A DNA stretch of 32,000 bases from contig NC_010546.1 in the NCBI RefSeq assembly GCF_000017845.1, forward strand, positions 780,001 through 812,000, given 5' to 3'. Source of the stretch: Crocosphaera subtropica ATCC 51142 (GTDB lineage Bacteria; Cyanobacteriota; Cyanobacteriia; Cyanobacteriales; Microcystaceae). The notes below the pieces were generated by a model that had not been told where the DNA came from, ran no database searches, and was given only the letters and a program-made list of their open reading frames with translations. Positions within the stretch are counted from its first letter, which is position 1. Each line of letters begins with the position of its first letter. A program made the translations under genes and the position numbers. Below are positions 1-9,169 of the stretch, in pieces.

Positions 1-1
1 G

Positions 2-985
2 AGAAACGAAGGAAAACGATTAACAAATTGTCTCAAATCGGTACTAAATGAGACTAAAAATTATGATAAGACACCGATTATTTATGTAGATTCTGGTTCA
101 ACCGATGATAGTATTGAAAGAGCAAAATCTCTAGGGGTATCAGTGATTTCCCTACACAATGATCGCCCATTTACAGCAGCGAGGGGACGGAATACAGGAT
201 GTGAATGGCTACTTAAACAAGATCCTGACCTAACTTATATTCAATTTATGGATGGAGACTGTACTCTTATTGCAGGGTGGCTAGAAAAAGCTAGGGAAAT
301 GCTAGATCATGACTCCAAATTAGCCATAGTTTGTGGTAGGAGACGGGAACAATTTCCTGATGCCACCCCTTATAATCGTTTAGCGGATATGGAATGGAAT
401 ACGCCTGTCGGGGAAACTAAAGCCTGTGGGGGTGATGCTTTAATGAGAGTCGAAGCACTCCAACAAGTTAACGGATTTAACGATAGTTTAATTTGTGGCG
501 AAGAACCAGAAATGTGCATTCGTTTACGTCGCCAGGGTTGGAAAATTTGGCGTTTAGATGAAGATATGACCTATCATGATGCAGACATGACCCAGTTTAG
601 CCAGTGGTGGTCTCGTACGGTCCGAAGTGGTTGGGCTATTGCTCAAGGAATGGCTATGTATGGTTTTGCCCCTGAGAAGTATATGGTACGTCAGTCTATC
701 AGCAATTGGTTGTGGGGATTTATACTACCCGTGACAGCCTTGGGGTTAGCTTGGTGGACCTACGGCTTAAGCCTGATTTTATTCATAGGATATCCCCTCT
801 TAGGATGGCGTATTTATCGATATCGTTGCGCTTGTGGGGATACACACCCCCAAAGTTCCTTATATGCTTTCTTTTGTATCTTAGGGAAATTTCCCCAGAT
901 GATGGGTCAACTGAAATATTGGCTTCAACAATGGTACAGTCAACCTGCCACTTTGATTGAATATAAAAAATCTCAGTTGGGATAA
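2..985 (+). CDS. Glycosyltransferase family 2, 5'-truncated by the window edge
   Basis: The frame of the 143..985 ORF stays open back to base 2 (RNEGKRLTNCLKSVLNETKNYDKTPIIYVDSGSTDDS...). It has a GT-A style DxD motif (FMDGDC) and hydrophobic C-terminal segments typical of membrane GT2 enzymes. Confidence 0.75.
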   Translation, partial: RNEGKRLTNCLKSVLNETKNYDKTPIIYVDSGSTDDSIERAKSLGVSVISLHNDRPFTAARGRNTGCEWLLKQDPDLTYIQFMDGDCTLIAGWLEKAREMLDHDSKLAIVCGRRREQFPDATPYNRLADMEWNTPVGETKACGGDALMRVEALQQVNGFNDSLICGEEPEMCIRLRRQGWKIWRLDEDMTYHDADMTQFSQWWSRTVRSGWAIAQGMAMYGFAPEKYMVRQSISNWLWGFILPVTALGLAWWTYGLSLILFIGYPLLGWRIYRYRCACGDTHPQSSLYAFFCILGKFPQMMGQLKYWLQQWYSQPATLIEYKKSQLG

Positions 986-1058
986 AGGTTACAATTGATA
1001 TATTAATCGTCGGAACCACTAAAGCTATCGTTTTCCTCTACACTAGAAAAGACGAATA

Positions 1059-1943
1059 ATGTTAAACAAACTTAGAGATCAAACTGTGTTTAAACGTAAT
1101 TGGTTACTTTCTTTATTGGTGAGTGTAGGAGTTTGGCAGTTCAGCGTTCCCGTTAGGGGACAAATGCTTTTACCCTATACCCCTCAACTGAATACAGAAG
1201 AACTGAAACAACAAGGCTTAGAAGTGGCTGAAGAAGCAGCCCAATTAATCCGCTTTCAACAACATGAGTTAGCCTTATCACGGGCAAAATTAGCGACTCA
1301 GTTAGCCCCGAATGAGTATCAACCTTGGTTTATTTTAGGAACATTATATATTATCAAACAAGAGTTAGAACCTGGGGTTAACGCTTTAGAAAAAGCCTTA
1401 GCCCTACAACCTGAAGAAGTGGGCATTAAATTTACGCTAGGAAATGCCTATTTTCAACAAGGAAAATATAAACAAGCAGCCACTGAATTAGAAGAAGGAT
1501 TAAACATCAAATCCGATGTGCCTTCTGCTCAGTTTGACTTAGGAAATGCTTATTTTAAATTAGGACGAATGGGGGAAGCGATCGCCGTTTATCAAAAAGC
1601 AATTGATCAACAAGAAGATTTTTGGCCAGCGATTAATAATATTGGTTTAATTAAGTACGAACAGGGAAATATTAAAGACGCGATCAAACATTGGGAACAA
1701 GCTTTAGAAATTGATCCCGAACAAGCAGAACCTAAACTAGCATTAGGGGTTGCTCTTTATGTTCAAGGCCAAAAAGAACAGGGACTTGAATTGGGAAAAA
1801 CAGCCCTTCAATTAGATAGTAATTATGGAGAATTACAACATCTGAAAGACAATCTCTGGGGAGAAAAATTACTCAAAGATACACAAACATTTTTAACGAC
1901 ACCCCAGATGCGGTCTGTCCTTAGTCAACTACAACAAGAGTAG
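1059..1943 (+). CDS. TPR-repeat protein with an N-terminal signal/anchor
   Basis: Several 34-aa TPR-like units are present (GNAYFQQGKYKQAATELEEGL, GNAYFKLGRMGEAIAVYQKAI, EQGNIKDAIKHWEQALEIDP). The N-terminus is hydrophobic (WLLSLLVSVGVWQF). Confidence 0.75.
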   Translation: MLNKLRDQTVFKRNWLLSLLVSVGVWQFSVPVRGQMLLPYTPQLNTEELKQQGLEVAEEAAQLIRFQQHELALSRAKLATQLAPNEYQPWFILGTLYIIKQELEPGVNALEKALALQPEEVGIKFTLGNAYFQQGKYKQAATELEEGLNIKSDVPSAQFDLGNAYFKLGRMGEAIAVYQKAIDQQEDFWPAINNIGLIKYEQGNIKDAIKHWEQALEIDPEQAEPKLALGVALYVQGQKEQGLELGKTALQLDSNYGELQHLKDNLWGEKLLKDTQTFLTTPQMRSVLSQLQQE

Positions 1944-2131
1944 ATTAGGGTAAGGCTTAACTAGGTGTCCCACAGGGCATTTAAGGCACATTAGTGACTG
2001 CCTATATTCATTACCGTTGGCCTCAACCAAAAATTTCTTAGATTCACCCATTAGGATGACTCATCAGGAGGGCGCATTACTTGCGCCTATACCTCTAAGC
2101 TAGAGGTTAAGCTGATTAAGAGGATATCATC

Positions 2132-2314
2132 GTGCATCTTACCCTACCCAAATGGTTGCAGCCAACCTTCTCTATTCCCAAAGAACAAGACACAACCCAT
2201 GATGATTCTCTAAAAGAAAAGACGCTTCAAGACATTTTGAGTCAACAACAAGGCTTATCACAACCAACTGCCTCCTTAAATTATTTAGATAATTATATTC
2301 ATCAATACTTTTGA
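2132..2314 (+). CDS. Hypothetical small protein (60 aa, GTG start)
   Basis: This is the only ORF in a 414-bp gap. A GAGGA Shine-Dalgarno-like sequence lies about 8 nt upstream of the GTG. I recognised no motif. Confidence 0.3.
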   Translation: MHLTLPKWLQPTFSIPKEQDTTHDDSLKEKTLQDILSQQQGLSQPTASLNYLDNYIHQYF

Positions 2315-2357
2315 AGAACAAACCAAATCACTATCACTCAATTTGTCGGCAAACGGT

Positions 2358-3101
2358 TCAAACCCAACCCCCAAAAACAGCTAAACCAAAGAATCGCCAA
2401 GGAACTGCTACCGTCTTGAATCCTACGGAAGAGAGCATCGTTAAATGAGTTTCTAATGTTGCTAAACGATCTTGTCCTGAATGGCCTTGTGCTTGACTAT
2501 TCCCCATTTGAGAACGAACTTTTGTGATAGTTGAACCTTGGCTAATTGTCCATTGTTCTCTTAATCTGCCATAAATATCTTGTAATTGTGGCGATTCTTG
2601 CAAAATGGGATCGGCATTCCAAAAACAACCACCATTTCTTAAATTTTTACCAATACAAGTTAATAACTGATATTTCATTTCATCAGTCAGATGATGAATC
2701 GCTAAAGAAGAAACACAGGCATCAAAATTAGTGCCAATTTCTTTTTTCATATCCCCATTAGCCCAAGCTCCAAAATCCCCTTGAATGAAACGAATACGCT
2801 CTAAAAATTCAGTTTTTTCGAGTTTGGATTTTGCCATTTCAAGCATTCTTGGCGAATAATCAACAGCCATCACTTTAGCGTTGGGACAATGTTTCAGTAG
2901 TTTTAGACTAAGTTCCCCTGTCCCACAGCCCAAATCTAAAATACGATGAGCATCAATGGAAACACAAGCAACAAGGGTATCGAGCATTAAATCATAATGA
3001 GGGATTAATTGACGAATTCCTCGATCAAATAGTTTTGTATCGGCAAAAACTTCTCCTGGATAAATCGTCTTTGATTGATTCATAGTAGTTTCCATTTGCA
3101 T
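2358..3101 (-). CDS. Class I SAM-dependent methyltransferase
   Basis: It carries SAM-binding motif I (ILDLGCGTGELS) followed by an acidic loop (VMAVDYSPRML). It sits directly downstream of lipA on the same strand. The start could instead be one of the nearby Met codons (MQMETTMNQ). Confidence 0.75.
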   Translation of the reverse strand: MQMETTMNQSKTIYPGEVFADTKLFDRGIRQLIPHYDLMLDTLVACVSIDAHRILDLGCGTGELSLKLLKHCPNAKVMAVDYSPRMLEMAKSKLEKTEFLERIRFIQGDFGAWANGDMKKEIGTNFDACVSSLAIHHLTDEMKYQLLTCIGKNLRNGGCFWNADPILQESPQLQDIYGRLREQWTISQGSTITKVRSQMGNSQAQGHSGQDRLATLETHLTMLSSVGFKTVAVPWRFFGLAVFGGWV

Positions 3102-3152
3102 AGATTAATTAAAATACAAATACTCCCCTTCATTGAAGCCAACAATGGAATT

Positions 3153-4022
3153 TTATCGAGGATATTGATTCATCAATTCTCGAACTTGTTCAGCATGATA
3201 CGAACTACGGGTTAAAGGAGAGGAAACTACTTGTAAAAAGCCGATGGACTCCCCAAAGGTTTGCCAAGCTTCAAAGGTTTGGGGGGTGACAAATTCTTTA
3301 ACCCCTAAATGTTTGGCAGAGGGTTGTAAATACTGTCCTAGGGTCAAAATATCACAATCGACGGCTCTTAAATCTTCCATCACTTGACGCACTTCTGCAT
3401 CCGTTTCCCCTAACCCCACCATGATGCCAGACTTGGTATAGAGTTTAGGAGCTAAAGTTTTCGCTTGTTCTAATAATAACAGCGATCGCTGATAATCCCC
3501 TTGAGGCCGAACCCGACGATACAAACGGGGGACGGTTTCGGTATTATGGTTAAGCACTTCTGGATTAGCCTGTAAAATCATGGCTAATGCCTCCCAATTA
3601 CCGCATAAATCAGGAATTAACACCTCAATGGTGGTATTGGGAGAAACTTGACGAATGGCCTCAATACAGCGTACAAATTGAGAAGCCCCACCATCGGCTA
3701 AATCATCACGGTTAACCGACGTAATCACCACATGGTTAAGACGGAGACGACGCACTGCTTCAGCTAAGTTTAAGGGTTCCTGGGGGTCTAGGGGTAGGGG
3801 TTTCTTCTCAAAATCAATGTCACAGTAAGGACAAGCACGGGTACAAGCGGGACCCATGATCAAAAAAGTCGCTGTCCCTGCATGGAAACACTCTCCAATA
3901 TTAGGACAAGAGGCTTCTTCACATACCGTATTTAATCCTAAATCCCGTAATATTTCTTTAACACTTCCTACTCTTTGCCATTGAGGGGCTTTCACCCGCA
4001 ACCATTCTGGTTTAACTGTCAT
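3153..4022 (-). CDS. lipA: Lipoyl synthase
   Basis: It has the radical-SAM CX3CX2C motif ([10 protein letters not shown]) and the N-terminal auxiliary cluster motif ([12 protein letters not shown]). I chose the start at internal Met 43 ([13 protein letters not shown]), which is the conserved LipA N-terminus. The longer ORF runs to 4148. Confidence 0.9.
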   Translation of the reverse strand: MTVKPEWLRVKAPQWQRVGSVKEILRDLGLNTVCEEASCPNIGECFHAGTATFLIMGPACTRACPYCDIDFEKKPLPLDPQEPLNLAEAVRRLRLNHVVITSVNRDDLADGGASQFVRCIEAIRQVSPNTTIEVLIPDLCGNWEALAMILQANPEVLNHNTETVPRLYRRVRPQGDYQRSLLLLEQAKTLAPKLYTKSGIMVGLGETDAEVRQVMEDLRAVDCDILTLGQYLQPSAKHLGVKEFVTPQTFEAWQTFGESIGFLQVVSSPLTRSSYHAEQVRELMNQYPR

Positions 4023-4206
4023 TTGTGTTTCATTTCTGCATGAATATTTGCCTAATCGGATCTTATCATTAATCATTTCTCTTGGCTTGATGTGACTGCT
4101 CTCACATAGAATTATCAAGGATCTGATTATCATAGTTATTGACTTCAATCATATATTTAAGTAAACATTAAGTTCATATTATTAATTATTTATTACATTT
4201 TTAAAA

Positions 4207-6309
4207 ATGTTTAACCTGTTTTCTCTAAGAACAAAATTAACGTTATTAATCACTGTTATTATTATAGGAATAACCGGTGGGTTGACTATTCTATCTATCA
4301 AAAAAGAACAAAATTATCATCAACGAGCGATCAAAGAACAGGGGGAGTTATTTTTAGATTCTATTGATGTTATGCTTCGTAACTCTTTGTACTCTTTGGA
4401 CGTGAATAGTATTGTTAAATTAGTACAAGAATTTAATGAACATCAAGCCGTGATCGAAACCGTCCGTGTTTTTGATGCAGAGGGTAGACTATTAATTGAA
4501 TCAACAGAAAAATATTTACCCCTAAACACTCAACCTGATAGTTTTGGTCAAAAAATTGTTAATCATCAAACCATCCTTTATCAACAAAGCGATGATTATT
4601 TAGTGGCCGCAAAACCTATTATCTTTGGACAAAGAACGGTGGGAGCTATTGCCATCAAACTTTCCAAAGAGCCTTTAAAACAAAAAATTGCGGCTGTTCG
4701 CTCTCAAGGTTTAATTATTGCTGCTGTAGCTGGTTCTGGTGGCATTCTGTTGGCTCTTTTTATTAGTCATTCTTTAACTGTTCCTCTTAATCAATTAATT
4801 AAAGCAACCCATCGTATTACTACAGGAAACCTCAGTTACCGAATTCATTTAAAGAATAAAGATGAATTTTTTTTGTTAGCTAAAGAATTCAATCAAATGA
4901 GTGATTGGTTAGAGGAAACCCTCAAAAAATATCAAGAAAATAATGCAAAATTGCAACATGATCTTTTTCATGATAATTTAACGGGTTTGGCTAATCGTGT
5001 TTATATTCTTCAGGAAATTGAAGCTGAAATTAAAGAAAAAAAAGCTAATCAGGATCACTGTTTTGCGGTTCTGTTTTTAGACTGCGATCGCTTTAAAGTA
5101 ATCAACGATAGTTTAGGTCACGATGTCGGTGATGAAGTGTTAATTAATATTGCTCAACGACTTAACCTGTGTATTAGAAAACATGATATCGCTGCCCGAT
5201 TAGGAGGGGATGAATTTGTGATTCTAATTAAAAATTTAAGTGATATTAAACAAGTGACACAAATTGCTGATCGTATTTTAAAACAAATGAGTGAACCATT
5301 AATTTTAGAGAATCAGCAATTAGTCATTACCATGAGTATTGGGGTTGTTGTTAGTCAAGAAAACTATGAAAATGCTGATGATTTATTACGAGATGCTGAT
5401 ATTACCATGTATCATGCTAAACAACAAGGAAAGGCTCAATATGCTATTTTTAAACCAATAATGCACACCCAAGCTTTAGAACGATTAGAAGTAGAAAGCA
5501 GTCTCAGAAAAGCGTTAGAAAAACAAGAATTTTATCTATATTATCAACCGATTATTTCCTTTAAAACATCTCAATTAATTGGCTTTGAAGCATTACTAAG
5601 ATGGCATCATCCCACTCAAGGATGGATTTCTCCAGCCACCTTTATTCCTATTGCCGAAGAAACAGGCTTAATTGTTTCTTTGGGGCAGTGGGTTTTGCAA
5701 GAAGCTTGCCATCAAATTAGTATTTGGCAAAGTCATTTTCCTTTTTCAGAACCGTTAAAAGTTAGTGTTAATATTTCGAGTTTTCAACTGAATCAAATGG
5801 ACTTTGTTGAACAAGTCAAAAAAGTTTTAGAAGAGAGTAAAATTAAAGCTAGTCAATTAAATTTAGAAATTACTGAAACAGTAATCATGAATAATATTGA
5901 ATCGACCTCTTTTAAGTTACAATGTTTACAAAAATTAGGGGTAAAAATATCCATTGATGATTTTGGCACTGGTTATTCTTCCCTGAATTATCTTCAACAA
6001 TTACCTATCGATATCTTAAAGATAGATCGCAGTTTTGTTAGAAGATTAGAATCAAATCCCTCTGAATTTCAGATTATTGAAGCTATTATTAAACTCGGTA
6101 ATATTTTAGGAATGGAAACTTTAGCAGAAGGAATTGAAACCTCTGAGCAATATAATTTAATTCAATCGTTAGGAGTTGACTATGCTCAAGGATTTATTTT
6201 TTCTAAGCCGTTAAATAAAAGTTTAGTTGAACAAACCCTTTATTCTTTATTTCAATCTTCCTCATTAACTTGGAACTTTAATGATTATGTTAATACAATC
6301 TCTGGGTAA
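4207..6309 (+). CDS. Membrane-bound GGDEF-EAL signalling protein with a HAMP linker (putative diguanylate cyclase/phosphodiesterase)
   Basis: Two TM segments flank a roughly 140-aa extracytoplasmic region. A HAMP-like segment follows (LTVPLNQLIKATHRITTGNLSYRI). The GGDEF motif is intact (RLGGDEFVILI), and the EAL domain motifs are present (FEALLRW, DDFGTGYSSL, KIDRSF). Confidence 0.9.
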   Translation: MFNLFSLRTKLTLLITVIIIGITGGLTILSIKKEQNYHQRAIKEQGELFLDSIDVMLRNSLYSLDVNSIVKLVQEFNEHQAVIETVRVFDAEGRLLIESTEKYLPLNTQPDSFGQKIVNHQTILYQQSDDYLVAAKPIIFGQRTVGAIAIKLSKEPLKQKIAAVRSQGLIIAAVAGSGGILLALFISHSLTVPLNQLIKATHRITTGNLSYRIHLKNKDEFFLLAKEFNQMSDWLEETLKKYQENNAKLQHDLFHDNLTGLANRVYILQEIEAEIKEKKANQDHCFAVLFLDCDRFKVINDSLGHDVGDEVLINIAQRLNLCIRKHDIAARLGGDEFVILIKNLSDIKQVTQIADRILKQMSEPLILENQQLVITMSIGVVVSQENYENADDLLRDADITMYHAKQQGKAQYAIFKPIMHTQALERLEVESSLRKALEKQEFYLYYQPIISFKTSQLIGFEALLRWHHPTQGWISPATFIPIAEETGLIVSLGQWVLQEACHQISIWQSHFPFSEPLKVSVNISSFQLNQMDFVEQVKKVLEESKIKASQLNLEITETVIMNNIESTSFKLQCLQKLGVKISIDDFGTGYSSLNYLQQLPIDILKIDRSFVRRLESNPSEFQIIEAIIKLGNILGMETLAEGIETSEQYNLIQSLGVDYAQGFIFSKPLNKSLVEQTLYSLFQSSSLTWNFNDYVNTISG

Positions 6310-7231
6310 AGCCCTTAGCTTATTGATAATATCAATGCTGGTCAGTTGTCAACACAAACCGACTAATTCATCTCTTGCTAATGCTTCTTTGACAATGCCA
6401 TCAAGCTTGGTTATTTTAGGAGAAGTTTCTGACGATCCAACAGAAGTTTTTGAGCGGTTTCAACCTTTAGCTAATTATTTAACCCAACAATTTAATGGAG
6501 AAGAAAATGAAATTGGAAAAGTTGAAGTAGCTCCTAATATGGAAACTATGGCACGATGGCTAAAGTCTGGAAAAGTTGAGCTATACTTTGATAGTCCTTA
6601 TCCCGCCTTTTTAGTAAGTGAAGCATCTGGTAGTCAAGTCATTTTAAGTCGTTGGAAAGGAGGGGTTTCTTCTTATAAAAGTGTGATTATTACTCTTCGG
6701 GAGCAAGGTATCAAACAGATGGATGATCTACGAGGAAAAAAAATTGCTTTTGAAGAAAATTTCTCTACCTCAGGCTATATGCTTCCCTATACTTATTTAA
6801 AAGAACAAGGATTAATCTTAACAGAAAAAAAGTCCGATTCTCAATCTTTTTCTGAAGATGAAACCACCTACGTTTTTAGTGGAAGTGATAATAACTCTTT
6901 ACAATGGTTAGTGAGTGGTCGTGTTGATGCAATGGCTATGGGATCTGTGGATTTTCAACAACTACCCGAAGAAACTCGCCAGCAATTTATTATTATTGGA
7001 GAGACACAATCTGTTCCTCGCCATGTGGTGGTTATTTCCCCTACTTTATCTCATAATAAAGTAATGAGACTGAAGAAAATTTTACTACAAATGAATCAAA
7101 CTGATTCAGGACAAAACATTTTAGAGCAATTTGAGCAAACAACTAAATTTGCTCAATTACCTGAACATCAAACTGACATTTTTAAAGAGATTCGCCCTCT
7201 TATTAACTCTAATTCTAATGATGACTGGTAA
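6281..7231 (+). CDS. PhnD-like (phosphonate/phosphite-type) periplasmic substrate-binding lipoprotein
   Basis: A lipobox-type signal peptide is present (LLIISMLVSC). The fold-family similarity is judged by eye from segments such as YFDSPYPAFLV, GKKIAFEENFSTSGYMLPYTYL and VDAMAMGSVDF. The gene overlaps the stop of the GGDEF-EAL gene by 29 nt. Confidence 0.6.
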   Translation: MIMLIQSLGKALSLLIISMLVSCQHKPTNSSLANASLTMPSSLVILGEVSDDPTEVFERFQPLANYLTQQFNGEENEIGKVEVAPNMETMARWLKSGKVELYFDSPYPAFLVSEASGSQVILSRWKGGVSSYKSVIITLREQGIKQMDDLRGKKIAFEENFSTSGYMLPYTYLKEQGLILTEKKSDSQSFSEDETTYVFSGSDNNSLQWLVSGRVDAMAMGSVDFQQLPEETRQQFIIIGETQSVPRHVVVISPTLSHNKVMRLKKILLQMNQTDSGQNILEQFEQTTKFAQLPEHQTDIFKEIRPLINSNSNDDW

Positions 7232-7280
7232 CTATTCACGGGTAACTGATAATATAGGGTGAAAAATTATAATCATTCCT

Positions 7281-8747
7281 ATGGCTTTTACTCAAAATCC
7301 GATAAAATTTGGAACTGATGGCTGGCGTGGGGTAATTGCAGCCGATTTTACCTTTGAACGGGTGGCAATGCTGGCTCCTTTAGCTGCTAAAATTTTAGAA
7401 GAAAATTATCGTGTTTCTGCCAGCGCACCGCAAAGCGGATCTCTTCGAGATCGCACCATCATAGTAGGGTACGATCGCCGTTTTTTAGCGGAAGAGTTTG
7501 CACAAGTGGCAACCGACGCTATCATCGAAGCTGGTTACAATGTGATGCTATCGGACTCTTATGCCCCTACCCCTGCCTTTAGTTGGGCAGCCAAAGCTCA
7601 AAATGCGCTAGGGGCGATCGTCTTAACCGCCAGTCATAACCCAGGTAAGTATCTAGGGTTAAAGGTTAAAGGGGCTTTCGGGGGCTCAGTTTCTCCTGCT
7701 GTTACTCAGCAAATCGAAGAATTACTCCCTAACCCCCCTCAATTTTCCGCTTCTCCCGGCACTATCAGCCATTTTGACCCCTGGGAAAGTTACTGTCAAG
7801 GATTACAAGAGAAAGTTGATATCAACGCCATTCGAGAGGCGATCGCCACAGGAAAATTAAGAGTGTTTGCCGATGTTATGCACGGGGCTGCGGCCACGGG
7901 GTTAGAACGACTGTTAGGTTGTTCCATCGAAGAAATTAACGGCGATCGTGATCCCTTGTTTGAAGGGGGTGCGCCGGAACCTTTACCCCGTTATCTTAGT
8001 AAGTTATTTACTAGCATAAAAACGGCCGCTAGTCAAGGAAATAATAGTTTAAGAGTGGGGTTAGTGTTTGATGGAGATAGCGATCGCATTGCAGCGGTAG
8101 ATGGACAAGGAAACTTTCTCAGTTCTCAGATTTTAATTCCTATCTTAATTGACCATTTAGCTAACAGGAAAGGCTTTACAGGTGAGATTATTAAAACTCT
8201 CAGTGGTTCGGATTTAATTCCTCGGTTGGCACACCTTTATAATTTATCGGTTTATGAGACACCCATTGGTTATAAATATATTGCGGATCGGATGTTAAAT
8301 GCTGAGGTTTTAATTGGGGGAGAAGAATCAGGAGGGATCGGTTATGGTACCCATATTCCTGAACGAGATGCCCTTTTATCTGCATTGTACGTTTTAGAAG
8401 CAGTGGTAGAAAGTGGACAAGATTTGGGAGAATACTATCGTCAACTACAAGAAAAAACGGACTTTTATAACGCTTATGATCGCATTGATTTACCCCTAGC
8501 TAATATGGAAGTTCGGGCTAAATTATTGCAGCGTTTAGAAACAGAACCCTTAAGAGAAGTTGCGGGACAATCTGTTACCAGTTGTGATACGAAAGATGGT
8601 TATAAATACCGTTTAACCGATGGAAGTTGGTTACTTATTCGCTTTAGTGGCACCGAACCGGTTTTACGATTATATTGTGAATCTTTGACTATGAAACAGG
8701 TACATCAAACATTGAACTGGGCAAAAAATTGGGCTAATTCTGTTTGA
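7281..8747 (+). CDS. Alpha-D-phosphohexomutase (phosphoglucomutase/phosphomannomutase family)
   Basis: Three family motifs are present: the catalytic phosphoserine loop (TASHNPGKYLGLK), the metal-binding loop (FDGDSDRIAAVD) and the sugar-binding loop (GGEESGG). Confidence 0.9.
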   Translation: MAFTQNPIKFGTDGWRGVIAADFTFERVAMLAPLAAKILEENYRVSASAPQSGSLRDRTIIVGYDRRFLAEEFAQVATDAIIEAGYNVMLSDSYAPTPAFSWAAKAQNALGAIVLTASHNPGKYLGLKVKGAFGGSVSPAVTQQIEELLPNPPQFSASPGTISHFDPWESYCQGLQEKVDINAIREAIATGKLRVFADVMHGAAATGLERLLGCSIEEINGDRDPLFEGGAPEPLPRYLSKLFTSIKTAASQGNNSLRVGLVFDGDSDRIAAVDGQGNFLSSQILIPILIDHLANRKGFTGEIIKTLSGSDLIPRLAHLYNLSVYETPIGYKYIADRMLNAEVLIGGEESGGIGYGTHIPERDALLSALYVLEAVVESGQDLGEYYRQLQEKTDFYNAYDRIDLPLANMEVRAKLLQRLETEPLREVAGQSVTSCDTKDGYKYRLTDGSWLLIRFSGTEPVLRLYCESLTMKQVHQTLNWAKNWANSV

Positions 8748-8767
8748 TTTTTATGCTTTTGAACCGT

Positions 8768-8793
8768 TAGGGATAATTGATTAATTATCCCTA
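8768..8793. terminator. Hairpin between convergent genes (putative bidirectional terminator)
   Basis: The sequence is TAGGGATAATT-gatt-AATTATCCCTA, an 11-bp perfect stem. It lies between the phosphohexomutase stop (8747) and the ferredoxin-like stop (8806). There is no strong U-tract. Confidence 0.5.
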
Positions 8794-8805
8794 GAAATCT
8801 ATTAA

Positions 8806-9141
8806 TTATTCAGCCGTCCAAACCACATTATCACCTTGTCCCCAAAACCCATCATATTTGGTCAATTTTAAATCTCCCTGTACTTTAGTTTGACAAGCTA
8901 AACGACGATTTTTGTCTAGAGAATGGGGAGGTAGGGAACGTCGGGCTTGATCTTTCCAGTTAGCTTCGGATACTAAACCTTCGATTTCTAAGGCACAAGT
9001 TCCACAGGTTCCAATACCCCGACAATTAATTATTTTTGCTTGACCATTATAAAGATCAATATTGTTTCTTAGAAGAACACGACGTAAATTTTCTCCTTCA
9101 TGACAAATAATAGTTTTTCCCTGTGCAGTAATTTGAAACAT
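8806..9141 (-). CDS. 2Fe-2S ferredoxin-like protein
   Basis: The cysteine pattern is CRGIGTCGTC plus a later LACQ, which resembles a plant-type [2Fe-2S] ligand set. I chose the start at Met 13 (MFQITAQGK). This removes the overlap with the upstream gene. The longer ORF reaches 9177. Confidence 0.7.
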   Translation of the reverse strand: MFQITAQGKTIICHEGENLRRVLLRNNIDLYNGQAKIINCRGIGTCGTCALEIEGLVSEANWKDQARRSLPPHSLDKNRRLACQTKVQGDLKLTKYDGFWGQGDNVVWTAE

Positions 9142-9169
9142 AGAATAATAAATTATCGAGTTATGTAAA

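Noticed and set aside
706-1019. Two overlapping ORFs (706..960 +, 783..1019 -) inside or at the end of the GT2 gene
   Set aside because: These are out-of-frame and antisense shadows of a well-supported longer CDS. They have no motifs and no RBS.
2071-2087. GC-rich hairpin GGCGCA-ttact-TGCGCC in the 1944-2131 gap
   Set aside because: It lies 128 nt from the nearest gene end, has no U-tract on either strand, and I could build no recognisable riboswitch or tRNA structure around it.
2546-2731. Short ORFs antisense to annotated genes (2546..2731, 8200..8385, 9886..10095, 17055..17330, 20369..20554, 21580..21810, 27157..27396, 27215..27433, 29132..29365)
   Set aside because: All are embedded in longer CDSs with clear family motifs, so I treated them as shadow ORFs.
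4023-4148. 42-codon N-terminal extension of lipA in the tracked ORF
   Set aside because: The extension ([19 protein letters not shown]...) has no LipA-like sequence. The conserved LipA N-terminus begins at the internal Met ([13 protein letters not shown]).
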